Shown piece by piece: positions 1 to 9,816 of a stretch of DNA of 64,000 nt. Every line of letters begins with the position of its first letter. The first letter of the stretch is position 1. This stretch comes from an uncultured Desulfobacterium sp. (lineage in GTDB: Bacteria > Desulfobacterota > Desulfobacteria > Desulfobacterales > Desulfobacteraceae): NCBI GenBank assembly GCA_963674605.1, contig OY771474.1, positions 3,032,341-3,096,340 of the forward strand. Direction: 5' to 3'. The position numbers and the translations under genes were made by a program. The notes under the pieces are model-generated. The model did not search any database. It had not been told where the DNA came from and was given only the letters and a program-made list of their open reading frames with translations.

Positions 1-73
1 TTTTTTAAAGAACTGTATAATAGTTTAAGATTTATATGCAAAATACTACACTTTCAAAGGGAAAGGAAAAAAA

Positions 74-2425
74 ATGCGCTGGAAAAATCTAAGTATCGGG
101 AAACAAATTGCAACGGGATTCGGGACCGTAATTGTTTTTTTATTCTTACTGGGAATTTTATCTTTTACCGGTGTTGCAGGTATTGTAAAAAATGCCTCTG
201 AAGTAATCTACGGAAACATTCTGGACGCTGAGTTTGCCCAGAAAGAGGTGGATCATCTGAACTGGGCTGCAGATCTCAATGAGTTGATCACCGATGTGAG
301 CGTCACAAACCTGACCGTTCAGACAGACCACACACAATGTGGTCTGGGAAAATGGCTACATGGTGAGGGGCGCAATACGGCAGAGGCAATGATTCCGTCC
401 CTGGCTCCACTTTTAAAAGAAATGGAAATCCCCCATGAAAACCTTCATGCCTCCGCCAAACACATTGAAGCAGTTTACTCTGCTGCGGATCCCAAGTTAC
501 CCGGCCATATCTGCACCATGCTAAATCAGCACCTTGAGTGGGCAAGCACCATCCAACAGGGAATTCTTGAAAACCACAAGGCCATAGACGTTGGAACAAA
601 TCATACCATGTGCACATTTGGAAAATGGCTTTACAGCGATATAGCACTTAAGACAGGGGCATCCGATACCATCCTCGGGGAAATACTGGAACAGATTAAA
701 GCCCCCCATGAAAGACTCCACACCTCTGCCCAAAGAATAAAAACCACCTACCGACAGGTCCATGAAGGGCTCCAAGAAAACCTTCTCATGAAACTGGATG
801 ATCATAGAAAATGGATGGCAAAAGTGGCGGATGGTATTATCAGCATGAGTCAAATTGAAGCGGAAATGAATCCTGAAAAATGTGCTCTGGGAACATGGCT
901 GGCAAGAAATCAGACAAAAGCCTTGCTGGCAGAAGATACAACCCTCCATGATCTGTTCGCAAAAATTCAAGCCCCCCATGCAGCGCTTCATAAAAGCGTA
1001 ACAAAAATCAACAGGGCCATTGTTTTTAATGATATGGTAACGGCAAAACAAATATTTAATACTGAAGCCGAAGATAACTTAAAAAAACTGTCGGATATTC
1101 TTAACGAGGCCATACAATACGAAAGCAGTCTGGAAGACAGCCGTCTAAATGCCATTGAGATATTTAAAGACGTTACAATGCCGGACCTTATTCTTACAAA
1201 AGAGCTCCTGAGTAAACTTCAGGTAAGAGCACAGGAGTTACTGGAAGGTCAATTCAAGGCATCAGCTATATACGCCCATGAGACCACACCCAACATAAAA
1301 AAAGTTCAAGCCCTGCTGGGAACGATGCGTCAGACCGTAAAGGAAAACATATTGACGGATCAGGCCATGTTAAATGCAGCCAGCACAACCAGATATAATG
1401 TTATGGTTACGGGTATTGTGGCGGTTATCATGGGAATCTTTCTGGCCTTTTTCATTTCCCGGAGAATCATCCGACTGCTGAAAAGAATCAGCCTGGGCAT
1501 GGGAGAAGGAGCAGAACAAGTGACCTCTGCTGCCGGTCAGGTATCCTCTTCAAGCCAGTCCCTGGCTGAGGGAGCATCTGAACAGGCGGCATCCATAGAG
1601 GAAACATCTTCTTCCATGGAGGAAATGTCCTCAATGACCAAAAGGAATGCTGAAAATGCGAATCATGCTGACCGCTTAACAAGGGAAGCAGGATTAGTGG
1701 TGGGCCAGGCCAAAGAATCAATGGAAGAGTTAATCCAATCCATGGATGAAATATCAACGGCCAGCGAAGAGACATTTAGAATTATCAAAACCATTGACGA
1801 AATCGCATTCCAGACCAACCTTCTGGCCCTGAATGCCGCAGTGGAAGCGGCCCGGGCCGGTGAGGCCGGAACTGGTTTTGCCGTGGTGGCCAACGAAGTC
1901 CGGAATTTGGCCATGCGGGCCGCCGATGCCGCGAAAAACACCTCGGAACTCATTGAAGGCACCGTTAAAAAAGTCAATGCCGGGTCCACACTGGTCTCCA
2001 CCACCAATGAAGCCTTTATGAAGGTGGCGGACAGCACGGGCAAAGTGGCCAACCTGGTGTCTGAAATCAGCCAGGCATCCCAGGAACAGTCCAACGGCAT
2101 CAATCAGGTGAACATTGCCATTACGGAAATGGACAAAGTGGTTCAGCAAAATGCCGCCAATGCCGAAGAATCCGCATCTGCATCGGAAGAAATGAGCGCC
2201 CAGGCGGAACAGCTCAAGGAATATGTGGATGAACTGGTCATGGTTGTTACCGGAAAACGCAACAAGAGCTTCGGCATCAGCCGCCCGACCCACAGCCCAA
2301 CTCAAATGAAACGCCTCCGGCCTGTCCCCCGGAAAAAGGACAGCCAGTTGAGTTTTGGCACAAAAGAGATCAAGCCCAGCGAGGTGATCCCCTTTGATGA
2401 GGACACGGACTTCAGGGATTTTTAA
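74..2425 (+). CDS. Methyl-accepting chemotaxis protein with a large extracytoplasmic sensor region carrying three tandem CZB-type zinc-binding motifs
   Basis: Predicted TM1 at ~aa 15-37 and TM2 at ~aa 441-463. Three repeats of H-x2-W ... C-x-[LF]-G-x-W ... H-x3-H: HLNW..CGLGKW..HENLH, HLEW..CTFGKW..HERLH, HRKW..CALGTW..HAALH. C-terminal MCP signalling domain ([24 protein letters not shown]). Confidence 0.9.
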   Translation: MRWKNLSIGKQIATGFGTVIVFLFLLGILSFTGVAGIVKNASEVIYGNILDAEFAQKEVDHLNWAADLNELITDVSVTNLTVQTDHTQCGLGKWLHGEGRNTAEAMIPSLAPLLKEMEIPHENLHASAKHIEAVYSAADPKLPGHICTMLNQHLEWASTIQQGILENHKAIDVGTNHTMCTFGKWLYSDIALKTGASDTILGEILEQIKAPHERLHTSAQRIKTTYRQVHEGLQENLLMKLDDHRKWMAKVADGIISMSQIEAEMNPEKCALGTWLARNQTKALLAEDTTLHDLFAKIQAPHAALHKSVTKINRAIVFNDMVTAKQIFNTEAEDNLKKLSDILNEAIQYESSLEDSRLNAIEIFKDVTMPDLILTKELLSKLQVRAQELLEGQFKASAIYAHETTPNIKKVQALLGTMRQTVKENILTDQAMLNAASTTRYNVMVTGIVAVIMGIFLAFFISRRIIRLLKRISLGMGEGAEQVTSAAGQVSSSSQSLAEGASEQAASIEETSSSMEEMSSMTKRNAENANHADRLTREAGLVVGQAKESMEELIQSMDEISTASEETFRIIKTIDEIAFQTNLLALNAAVEAARAGEAGTGFAVVANEVRNLAMRAADAAKNTSELIEGTVKKVNAGSTLVSTTNEAFMKVADSTGKVANLVSEISQASQEQSNGINQVNIAITEMDKVVQQNAANAEESASASEEMSAQAEQLKEYVDELVMVVTGKRNKSFGISRPTHSPTQMKRLRPVPRKKDSQLSFGTKEIKPSEVIPFDEDTDFRDF

Positions 2426-2824
2426 CCCCTAAAACTGCCAGTGGGGAGGGGGCAGGCCAGCCCCCCCTCTCACCGATCCCCCTGCAAATTCAATGGTGGA
2501 AACTTTCAGGGGGATCAGCTATGCCGGGGATTCAATGGTCAAGCCTTACCCCGTTCTCGCAAAACAGGCCAGCAAAAACTTGAACATCGCGTTATATGTG
2601 ATCATAAGATCATACTTCATAGGTGCCGGGACGATGCACTGTTTTTCTCAAATCAATCTTCCAAAAAACATTCTTATATCACCCCAACCAGACCTCATAC
2701 AGGAGGCGTCAAAGGCATTTTCCCCAGTCTTGTCATCTGGTCAATCATGTGCTAACACTAAGTTCAACTATGCTAAAAAAGCATTCCCTTTTCATTAAAT
2801 GCCTTATAATCAGGTGAGACAAAC

Positions 2825-3592
2825 ATGTCATCAAACCCATTCAGCATAAAAATAAATCGCCATAATTTCCCCCATGGATTTCCATGGACCATGGTAATTA
2901 TTTTTTTAATCATAACTGCCATGACCTCCCCCCTGAATGCGGAAACCCGCATTTTGTTTCTGGGAGACTCCCTCACCGCCGGATACGGGGTTGAACAGGA
3001 ACAGGCCTTCCCCTCCCTGCTCGGACCCTTGATCACCGCCGAAGGATACCCCGATGTAAAGCTCATCAACGCAGGCATCAGCGGTTCCACAACGGCCAGC
3101 GCCCTTTCCCGGCTTAAATGGTATAAACGGACCCGGCCAGACATCCTGTTCCTGGCCCTGGGGGCCAATGACGGCCTGCGGGGACTTTCCCTGTCCGCCA
3201 TGGAAAAACATCTGGACGACACCATAAGGATGGCGCTGGACCAAGGCATGACCGTTATTCTTGCCGGCATGGAAATCCCCCCCAATTACGGCCCGGCGTA
3301 CACCCGGCAGTTCAAACAGGTCTTCTTCTCCCTTGCGGAAAAACATTCCATTGTCCTGATGCCCTTTCTGCTGAAGGATGTGGCAGGAATGAGCCAGTAC
3401 AACCAGGCCGACGGTATCCATCCCACTGCTGCGGGCCACAGGATCATTGCCGCCAATGTCCTTCCCTATCTCGTCAAGGTATTAAAGGGACTGGACACCC
3501 CATCGGCCAGTGTAAATATTCGGTCAGGGCTCCATATTCGCCTGTTTTGGTCTGCTCATGCCCCAAACAGGCGAATATGGGGCACTGTCTAA
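2825..3592 (+). CDS. tesA: SGNH/GDSL hydrolase (TesA-like arylesterase / lysophospholipase L1). An alternative start at ATG 2891 gives a cleaner signal peptide.
   Basis: Block I motif FLGDSLTAGYG; GANDGLRG block; DGIHP (catalytic Asp/His). Followed by ybbA/ybbP-like ABC genes, the gene association known from E. coli tesA-ybbA-ybbP. The C-terminal ~35 aa run through a long hairpin and are probably incidental. Confidence 0.8.
   Translation: MSSNPFSIKINRHNFPHGFPWTMVIIFLIITAMTSPLNAETRILFLGDSLTAGYGVEQEQAFPSLLGPLITAEGYPDVKLINAGISGSTTASALSRLKWYKRTRPDILFLALGANDGLRGLSLSAMEKHLDDTIRMALDQGMTVILAGMEIPPNYGPAYTRQFKQVFFSLAEKHSIVLMPFLLKDVAGMSQYNQADGIHPTAAGHRIIAANVLPYLVKVLKGLDTPSASVNIRSGLHIRLFWSAHAPNRRIWGTV
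3532..3580. repeat. Long near-perfect inverted repeat (18/19-nt arms, 12-nt loop) in the 3' tail of the tesA-like ORF
   Basis: ccatattcgcctgttttgg (3532-3550) pairs with ccaaacaggcgaatatgg (3563-3580); the left arm has one extra t. Confidence 0.7.
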
Positions 3593-3618
3593 ACATTTAC
3601 ATAAGCAAGCTCAATCTT

Positions 3619-3776
3619 GGGCTTGGTCACAACATGAGCCACTTTGGGGTGGGGTCAGGCTTGCGTTATTGGCTTTATCGGTGGTTTTGGCGTTTGCAAA
3701 GGCTGTGGTCAATAACGCCAATAACACAAGCCTGACCCCGTTGACCTGTGACGGCAGGCCCATGTTGTGATCAAGC
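3619..3776. mobile_element. MITE-like element, type A (outer IR GCTTGGTCACAACATG, inner IR GGGGTCAGGCTTGCGTTATTGGC)
   Basis: Left end gggcttggtcacaacatgagccactttggggtggggtcaggcttgcgttattggc. Right end gccaataacacaagcctgaccccgttgacc...ggcccatgttgtgatcaagc. Related copies occur elsewhere in the window. Confidence 0.7.
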
Positions 3777-3867
3777 TTCGAATATTTACCGCCAGACATC
3801 ATAATTGGTGGCTTGCTCACAATAAGGGCCATTTATAAATCACTTTAAAAGACACCAGGGTAAACCC

Positions 3868-4548
3868 ATGAAAACCAAAGCAATCCTCACTGTCTCCCAT
3901 ATTAGAAAAGCCTATCCCCAGGCCGGTGCCGCCCCCCTCACAGTTATATTTGATACAAGTTTTAAAATCTACCCAGGCGAAACCGTTGCCGTCACCGGTC
4001 AATCCGGCAGTGGCAAAAGCACCCTCATGGCCCTGCTGGCAGGCCTTGACAGCCCTGATACCGGAAGCATCGTTCTCAACGACCGGGATATCAACACCAT
4101 GAACGAAGACCGTCTGGCCAAATTCCGGGCAGAACACATCGGCATTATTTTTCAGCAGTTTCACCTGATGCCCCATCTCACGGCAACAGAAAACATCATG
4201 CTGCCCCTGGAGATTTTAAAATACAAAAAAAAAGATATCCAGCATCGAACAAGGCAGGTACTGGAACAGGTCAATTTAACCCATCGGGAACGTCACCTGC
4301 CCTCCCAGCTCAGTGGTGGAGAATGCCAGCGAGTGGCCATTGCCCGGGCACTGGTGGTGAAACCGGCCCTGCTTCTGGCAGATGAGCCTACAGGGAATCT
4401 GGACTCCGACACCGGCGAACAGGTTGCGGATCTGCTCTTTGATCTGGTCACCGCTTCGGGCATGACCCTTATGGTGGTCACCCACAACAAAACCCTTGCC
4501 GGGCGATGCCAGAGAAGCCTTGAACTGAAAAAGGGGCAACTGCAATGA
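3868..4548 (+). CDS. ABC transporter ATP-binding protein (YbbA/LolD-like)
   Basis: Walker A GQSGSGKST, signature LSGGECQRVAIARAL, Walker B LLLADEPTGNLD. 4-nt overlap with the downstream permease gene. Confidence 0.9.
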   Translation: MKTKAILTVSHIRKAYPQAGAAPLTVIFDTSFKIYPGETVAVTGQSGSGKSTLMALLAGLDSPDTGSIVLNDRDINTMNEDRLAKFRAEHIGIIFQQFHLMPHLTATENIMLPLEILKYKKKDIQHRTRQVLEQVNLTHRERHLPSQLSGGECQRVAIARALVVKPALLLADEPTGNLDSDTGEQVADLLFDLVTASGMTLMVVTHNKTLAGRCQRSLELKKGQLQ

Positions 4549-7223
4549 ACCTGTGGATACGCCTGGCCGGAAAAGAACTGCTGAGAAACCATCGGTTTTC
4601 CCTTTTTTTTATCATCAATCTCTCCATCGGGCTGGTGGGATTCATTTCTCTCAATGCCTTTAACCACTCCATGGAAACCCATTTAAAAAACAATTTAAAG
4701 GAAATTCTCACGGCGGATATGGCCGTATATTCTTCAAGGCCCCTCACCCAGCCCGAAGAAAATATCATTGACACCGTGCTTGGCCCCCAACGCCAGACCG
4801 CCCGGCAGATCACTTTTTTCAGCATGATCTCGGGCAACGGGACTTCCCGGCTGGCCCGTATTGTGGCCATTGACGACAGCTTTCCCCTTTATGGAAGCAT
4901 CCGGTTTGAAGACCATCTGCCCGTATTAAACAGCAAAAATTCGTCCAGCCCCGGGCATACAGCCCTCAACGGCCCCACCCCCACGGCCTGGATCAGCCGG
5001 GATCTGGCCATGGTACTCAATGTAAAAAAAGGGGATCTTCTTGGCATCGGTGCCCAGAAGTTTCAGCTGGATGGCATTATAACCGCCACACCCACCGGGG
5101 CTGTTACCTCCCTGGAACTGGCCCCGGTGATTCACATCGGCATTTCCCGATTAAAAGAAACAAAACTTCTGGGGTTTGGCAGCCGTATTCGTTACACCCG
5201 TTATGACCGGCTGCCTTGGGGAACAGATATTCAACAGACCACAAAAACCCTTCGCACAGCTCTTTTGCCCCTGTTTGAGGGCGAACCCCAGATAAATGTC
5301 TACAACAGTGAAGATGTGAACCGAAACCTGGGCCGGGTATTTGGGTATTTCACCGGGTATCTGGGACTTGTGGCCATTGTGGCGTTGTTCCTTGCCGGTA
5401 TCGGAACGGCCTATCTGTTCCGGGGATATCTCAATGAACGCCTCAAGGAAATTGCCATTCTCATGAGTCTTGGTGCCGGTCGCCTGCAAACCTATGCGCT
5501 GCTGTTATGCCAGGTGATGCTGCTGGGCCTTGGAGCCACCATGGTCTCCGTGGCCCTGTCCTTTGTGGTGCTGCCCCTGTTCCCAGAGGTCATGAAGGGC
5601 CTGATTCCCCAGGATTTCAAGGCCGTTATAAATCCTGGAAGCCTGGGGCTGGCCGTATTTATGGGCACCCTTGGCAGTGTTATTTTCTGTCTTCCCGTGT
5701 TTGTGCGTATTCATAACTTAAAACCCCTGGTACTCTTACAGGGGATTTCCCCCTTTCAGAGGGCATCCAGTGACACCCAAACCCCAAAAACATGGGGACC
5801 TTTTAAAATCCCCACAAAACAGCAATACCTCCTGTTTATCAGTTTTATTCCCGGGGGCATGGCCTTCTGGGGCATGGCCATGGCCCAGACCCGTTCCCTT
5901 GAACGGGGCAGCCTGTTTCTGCTGGGGTTTATGGCCGTATTCGGCATCATGGCCCTCATCGGCCGGGGACTTCTGAGCCTTGCCGGACGATATTCGCGCA
6001 CCCACCGGGTCATGCCTGGAATTGCCCTGAGAAACCTTTTCCGTCACAGGCATGCCTCCATATCCTGTTTTGTCACCATTGCCATGGGGGCCTTTCTAAT
6101 AAATGTCATTCCCCAGGTGAAGAACGGTATCCTGGATGAAATCCGTCAGCCCCGGGGACTCCGGGTACCCGGTTTTTTTCTCTTTGACATTCAACCCGAA
6201 CAGCTTGCGCCCCTGGAAAATTTTCTTAAGGCAAAACAGCTTGAACTCACCAATGCCTCCCCCCTGGTACAGGGGCGTATCAACACCGTAAACGGTGGGG
6301 GATTTTACGAGGGCATGAAGGATAGAAAAAATACATTTTTAAGTAAATTTCAACAAAAAAATTCTCCGGAAACCGACAGCGGGCCCCGGGGAAACTTTCG
6401 CAGAAAAAATTTCACCTTTTCCTGGCGGGAAAAACTGGATGCATCGGAAACCATGGTTAAAGGAAGGCCTTTAAGCACCACCCCCTGGGATTTTGAAAGC
6501 AGCCAGCCCTTTGAGGTGTCCCTGGAAGAGGGTTTTGCCCGGCGATTTCACCTTGAAATCGGCGATGTCATGGGTTTTGATGTCCAGGGCATTGCCCTTG
6601 AAGGCCGGGTGGTAAACCTTCGCAAGGTTCGCTGGAACAGCTTTCAACCCAATTTTTTCATTCTCTTCCAGAAAGGGGTCCTTGATGAAGCGCCCCGGAC
6701 CTTTCTGGCATCCATTCCCCAGATGGAGGCGGCGGAGAAAATGCCCCTGCAAAATGCCATCATAGGCAAGTTTCCCAACATCTCCGTGCTGGATGTCAAT
6801 CAGACCGTGGCCCAGCTCATGGACATCACCCAGCGTCTGACCCTTTCCATCAATTTCATGGCCTGGCTGGCCATATTGGCCGGTCTGGTGGTCCTTTATT
6901 CCATTGTACGTCATGAAACCCGGACCCGGGCCTGGGAAATCAATTTATTAAAGGTGCTGGGGGCGGGGATCTCTGACATCCGGCAGATCATTGTGTTTGA
7001 ATTCGGTGTGCTGGGGACCACGGCGGCCCTGTTCGGCATTCTTTTAAGCCTGGGAGTCTCCTATGGGATTTCCTGGTTTTTCTTTGAAAAACTATGGGCT
7101 TTCCATCCAGGGTACATATTGTTTTCCCTGGGAGCCATCTCTTTTATATCCATGGCTACGGCCCTCATGGCCACGGGTCGGGTAATCCGCCAGAAACCGC
7201 TGGCTCTTTTGAGGACCATATAA
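4545..7223 (+). CDS. FtsX-family ABC transporter permease, duplicated type (YbbP-like, 892 aa)
   Basis: Two FtsX-like TM bundles separated by large loops. Translationally coupled to the ATPase, in ybbA-ybbP-like order. Confidence 0.8.
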   Translation: MNLWIRLAGKELLRNHRFSLFFIINLSIGLVGFISLNAFNHSMETHLKNNLKEILTADMAVYSSRPLTQPEENIIDTVLGPQRQTARQITFFSMISGNGTSRLARIVAIDDSFPLYGSIRFEDHLPVLNSKNSSSPGHTALNGPTPTAWISRDLAMVLNVKKGDLLGIGAQKFQLDGIITATPTGAVTSLELAPVIHIGISRLKETKLLGFGSRIRYTRYDRLPWGTDIQQTTKTLRTALLPLFEGEPQINVYNSEDVNRNLGRVFGYFTGYLGLVAIVALFLAGIGTAYLFRGYLNERLKEIAILMSLGAGRLQTYALLLCQVMLLGLGATMVSVALSFVVLPLFPEVMKGLIPQDFKAVINPGSLGLAVFMGTLGSVIFCLPVFVRIHNLKPLVLLQGISPFQRASSDTQTPKTWGPFKIPTKQQYLLFISFIPGGMAFWGMAMAQTRSLERGSLFLLGFMAVFGIMALIGRGLLSLAGRYSRTHRVMPGIALRNLFRHRHASISCFVTIAMGAFLINVIPQVKNGILDEIRQPRGLRVPGFFLFDIQPEQLAPLENFLKAKQLELTNASPLVQGRINTVNGGGFYEGMKDRKNTFLSKFQQKNSPETDSGPRGNFRRKNFTFSWREKLDASETMVKGRPLSTTPWDFESSQPFEVSLEEGFARRFHLEIGDVMGFDVQGIALEGRVVNLRKVRWNSFQPNFFILFQKGVLDEAPRTFLASIPQMEAAEKMPLQNAIIGKFPNISVLDVNQTVAQLMDITQRLTLSINFMAWLAILAGLVVLYSIVRHETRTRAWEINLLKVLGAGISDIRQIIVFEFGVLGTTAALFGILLSLGVSYGISWFFFEKLWAFHPGYILFSLGAISFISMATALMATGRVIRQKPLALLRTI

Positions 7224-7247
7224 CCATGGCATTACCCCATGGTTAAT

Positions 7248-7280
7248 CAAGCCTGACACCGGGAAGATGGGAATGTGCCC
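7248..7280. repeat. Solo fragment resembling the right terminus of the type-B MITE
   Basis: caagcctgacaccgggaagatgggaatgtgccc compared with the consensus aagcctgacccc...ccgggaaaatgggaatgcgccc. Confidence 0.4.
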
Positions 7281-7281
7281 G

Positions 7282-8184
7282 TCAACCCAGGTTCACACGA
7301 TTCCTTCCGGATTCCTTACTTTCATACAGACAGGTATCCGCCCGTTTGATGATGCTGTCAATGGTGTCATCTGCCTCAACCATTGTTGCTCCGATGGAGA
7401 TGGTGACCTTAAGCTGTTGGTCTTCATGGAGAATGTAAGAACTTGCCACCAGGTTCCGGATTCTATCTGCAATCAGAGCAAGATCCGCCCTGTCCACATT
7501 GCGGATGATACCGATAAATTCTTCTCCCCCCCAGCGCCCGAAAAGATCAAAGGGACGGGCATTAACTGTAAAGGTTTCAGCAACAAATTTAAGCACTTCA
7601 TCACCCACATCATGACCATAGGTATCGTTAAACCGCTTAAAATGATCAATGTCCATGAACAGCACACCAAAGGGAATATCAAATCGTTTTTTTTCCTCAA
7701 ATCGCTTTGTAAGTTCCGATTCAATGTAATTGCGGTTTGCCAGCTGGGTCAAATTATCAAGCAACGCCAGTTTTTCAAGCTCTTTGATGCGCAGGGAGCT
7801 TGCGTCATGACTGCTGATGTCCGTGAAAAGCTCCACCCCGCCGATAATATCACCGGTCTCATCGGTCAGGGTATTGACACGCACAGATACCGGGATTCTA
7901 TGTCCGTCCTTGTGGTGCATGTACACTTCAATTTCCCGGGCCTTTCCATCTGCAATGGTTTGAGCAAGGGGACACCTGCCCCTGCACAGACTGTTACCTT
8001 CACTGTCCACATGGGTAAGAATGTTGTCTGCACAGGATTTACCCACCACTTCTGAGGCGGAGAATCCGGATATCTTTTCAGCCGCCTTGTTCCAGTAGGT
8101 GATCACCCGATTCTTATCCACAAAATATAACCCATCATGAAGATTTTCTATAATGCGTTCATAGGCTTTCTGCTCCAGGGCCAT
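7282..8184 (-). CDS. PAS-domain diguanylate cyclase (GGDEF)
   Basis: N-terminal PAS (VITYWNKAAEKISGF). GGDEF domain with RWGGEEF active-site motif and DHFKRFNDTYGH. Confidence 0.9.
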   Translation of the reverse strand: MALEQKAYERIIENLHDGLYFVDKNRVITYWNKAAEKISGFSASEVVGKSCADNILTHVDSEGNSLCRGRCPLAQTIADGKAREIEVYMHHKDGHRIPVSVRVNTLTDETGDIIGGVELFTDISSHDASSLRIKELEKLALLDNLTQLANRNYIESELTKRFEEKKRFDIPFGVLFMDIDHFKRFNDTYGHDVGDEVLKFVAETFTVNARPFDLFGRWGGEEFIGIIRNVDRADLALIADRIRNLVASSYILHEDQQLKVTISIGATMVEADDTIDSIIKRADTCLYESKESGRNRVNLG

Positions 8185-8315
8185 GCAGTTTTCCTCTCAC
8201 TTAAATCAATGTCACAGATCTTCTGATTTTATGTTCATAAACGCCCGCCAGAAGGGTCATCCCCAGCGGTTAAAACCGGCCAGCCAACAAAAACTTGAAC
8301 ATCAAATGACAGGAA

Positions 8316-9278
8316 TCAGGCAGCCTTGTGCATAAAAGACAGGAACTGACTTTCCAGATAACGCACAGTCTCGGCAAATCCCCGTTTAAACTGCTCAGTC
8401 TGGGCATTGGTAAAATCAGCGAAAGCCACAAGATCAAAGGACTTCAGAAGATTGAGTTGTCCAAGCATCCCGTCTTCAATGGTCTGGATCAATAGCGGGA
8501 ATTGATGATTGTCCTTCCCTGCTGTGCCCATGTCGCAAATCCGTTGACCAAAGGCATCATTCTTATCTTTCCCCCTTTTTAGCAGGTCCTGGGTCATCAA
8601 GGTAAACATGGCATCCATTTTATTGCTCTTAATCAAGGTAGGACTGTGAAAAAAGGAAAAATTTTTTTCAACCGTCACCTTTGCCGTATTAAGCAGACGA
8701 ACCTTTTCAAACCAGTTCAGGGTGTATGCCTGGTAATCCTCCCGGGTCCAGTTTTTCCCTTCCCAGATGTGTGCCCGAATAATATTATTCATGCTTTCCA
8801 GGCAATCTGCCTGATTTTGAAAATCATAGTTTCCCAGCAATGCCCCGGATTGGAAAAGATCCCCACCGGGCCGGGTGGCATGTTCGGAAATCTCCGCACA
8901 CAAAATTCTCATTTCCTCTCCGGGTCTTGCAATGAGAATTTTATAAGAAGGGGCACCCTCCGGTACACGATGCAGTTCATCCGCCGTGTCTGGGGGGATC
9001 AGTTTATCTGCCAGTGGCGGGGGAAGAAACGCCGCCCATAGATGGGGGCTCAGATCCGCAATGGCCAGTGCTTTTTCAAAAACGGGGATATCAGAATCAT
9101 CCATAGAACCCATGGGAATAAGTTTTCCCGGTTCCAGATCCGGCTCAAAGAGCTTTAATGTGGCTTCAAGGGCCGCCTGCCAATGGGCACTTCTGGGATC
9201 TTTCCCCTTTTTCAACCACTTATTTACTTTTTTTTTCATCGGATTTTTCCCCATGAGCCTCATTCTCCCTGATTCCAT
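8316..9278 (-). CDS. Hypothetical protein (no recognisable domain); start uncertain, with several in-frame Met near the N-terminus
   Basis: Long uninterrupted ORF of 320 aa with soluble-looking composition. I recognise no motif. Confidence 0.5.
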   Translation of the reverse strand: MESGRMRLMGKNPMKKKVNKWLKKGKDPRSAHWQAALEATLKLFEPDLEPGKLIPMGSMDDSDIPVFEKALAIADLSPHLWAAFLPPPLADKLIPPDTADELHRVPEGAPSYKILIARPGEEMRILCAEISEHATRPGGDLFQSGALLGNYDFQNQADCLESMNNIIRAHIWEGKNWTREDYQAYTLNWFEKVRLLNTAKVTVEKNFSFFHSPTLIKSNKMDAMFTLMTQDLLKRGKDKNDAFGQRICDMGTAGKDNHQFPLLIQTIEDGMLGQLNLLKSFDLVAFADFTNAQTEQFKRGFAETVRYLESQFLSFMHKAA

Positions 9279-9300
9279 TAATTAGATAAATATCTTGAAT

Positions 9301-9360
9301 CCAAGTCTGACCCCATTGGCCCGCCAATTGTGACGGGTGGCAGATCTTGTGATCAGGCCC
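9301..9360. repeat. Solo right-end fragment of a type-A MITE
   Basis: agtctgaccccattggcccgccaattgtgacgggtggcagatcttgtgatcaggccc parallels the right end of the copy at 50084-50250. Confidence 0.6.
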
Positions 9361-9443
9361 ATAAAAACAGATTAACAGGGATGTTGTCAAATAATTTTGC
9401 AGACCATCATCATCTCCGCCTGATATTGTAATCCATTCCCACT

Positions 9444-9663
9444 GGGCGCATTCCCATTTTCCCGGTTTGGTCACAATATGGTTTGTTTGTCATAGTTGGT
9501 GGGGCCAACGGGGTCAGGCTTGTGTTATTAGAGCCTGAGTTTTTATGAGGCTCTATGATTTTGTCAAGACCCTGTGTTTAAAGGCAAATTTAAACAAAAG
9601 CGCCAATAACGCAAGCCTGACCCCTCTCTGACAAGCGCGAAGCGGGAAAATGGGAATGCGCCC
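9444..9663. mobile_element. MITE-like element, type B (220 bp) with 22-bp terminal inverted repeats and an 8-bp target-site duplication
   Basis: TIRs are gggcgcattcccattttcccgg ... cgggaaaatgggaatgcgccc. A perfect direct repeat TTCCCACT lies at 9436-9443 and 9664-9671. Confidence 0.85.
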
Positions 9664-9816
9664 TTCCCACTTTTTTCTTTGATAATTGCCGATCACTGTA
9701 TTATCATGCAGCATTAGCCGTCAATAACCTGCATCCAGCCTGTTCTGCGAAAATCCATCCATACCATCCGGATAACTGCCCCGATCATCGCCGGAAACAA
9801 GAAGAGAGGTGTCCCC

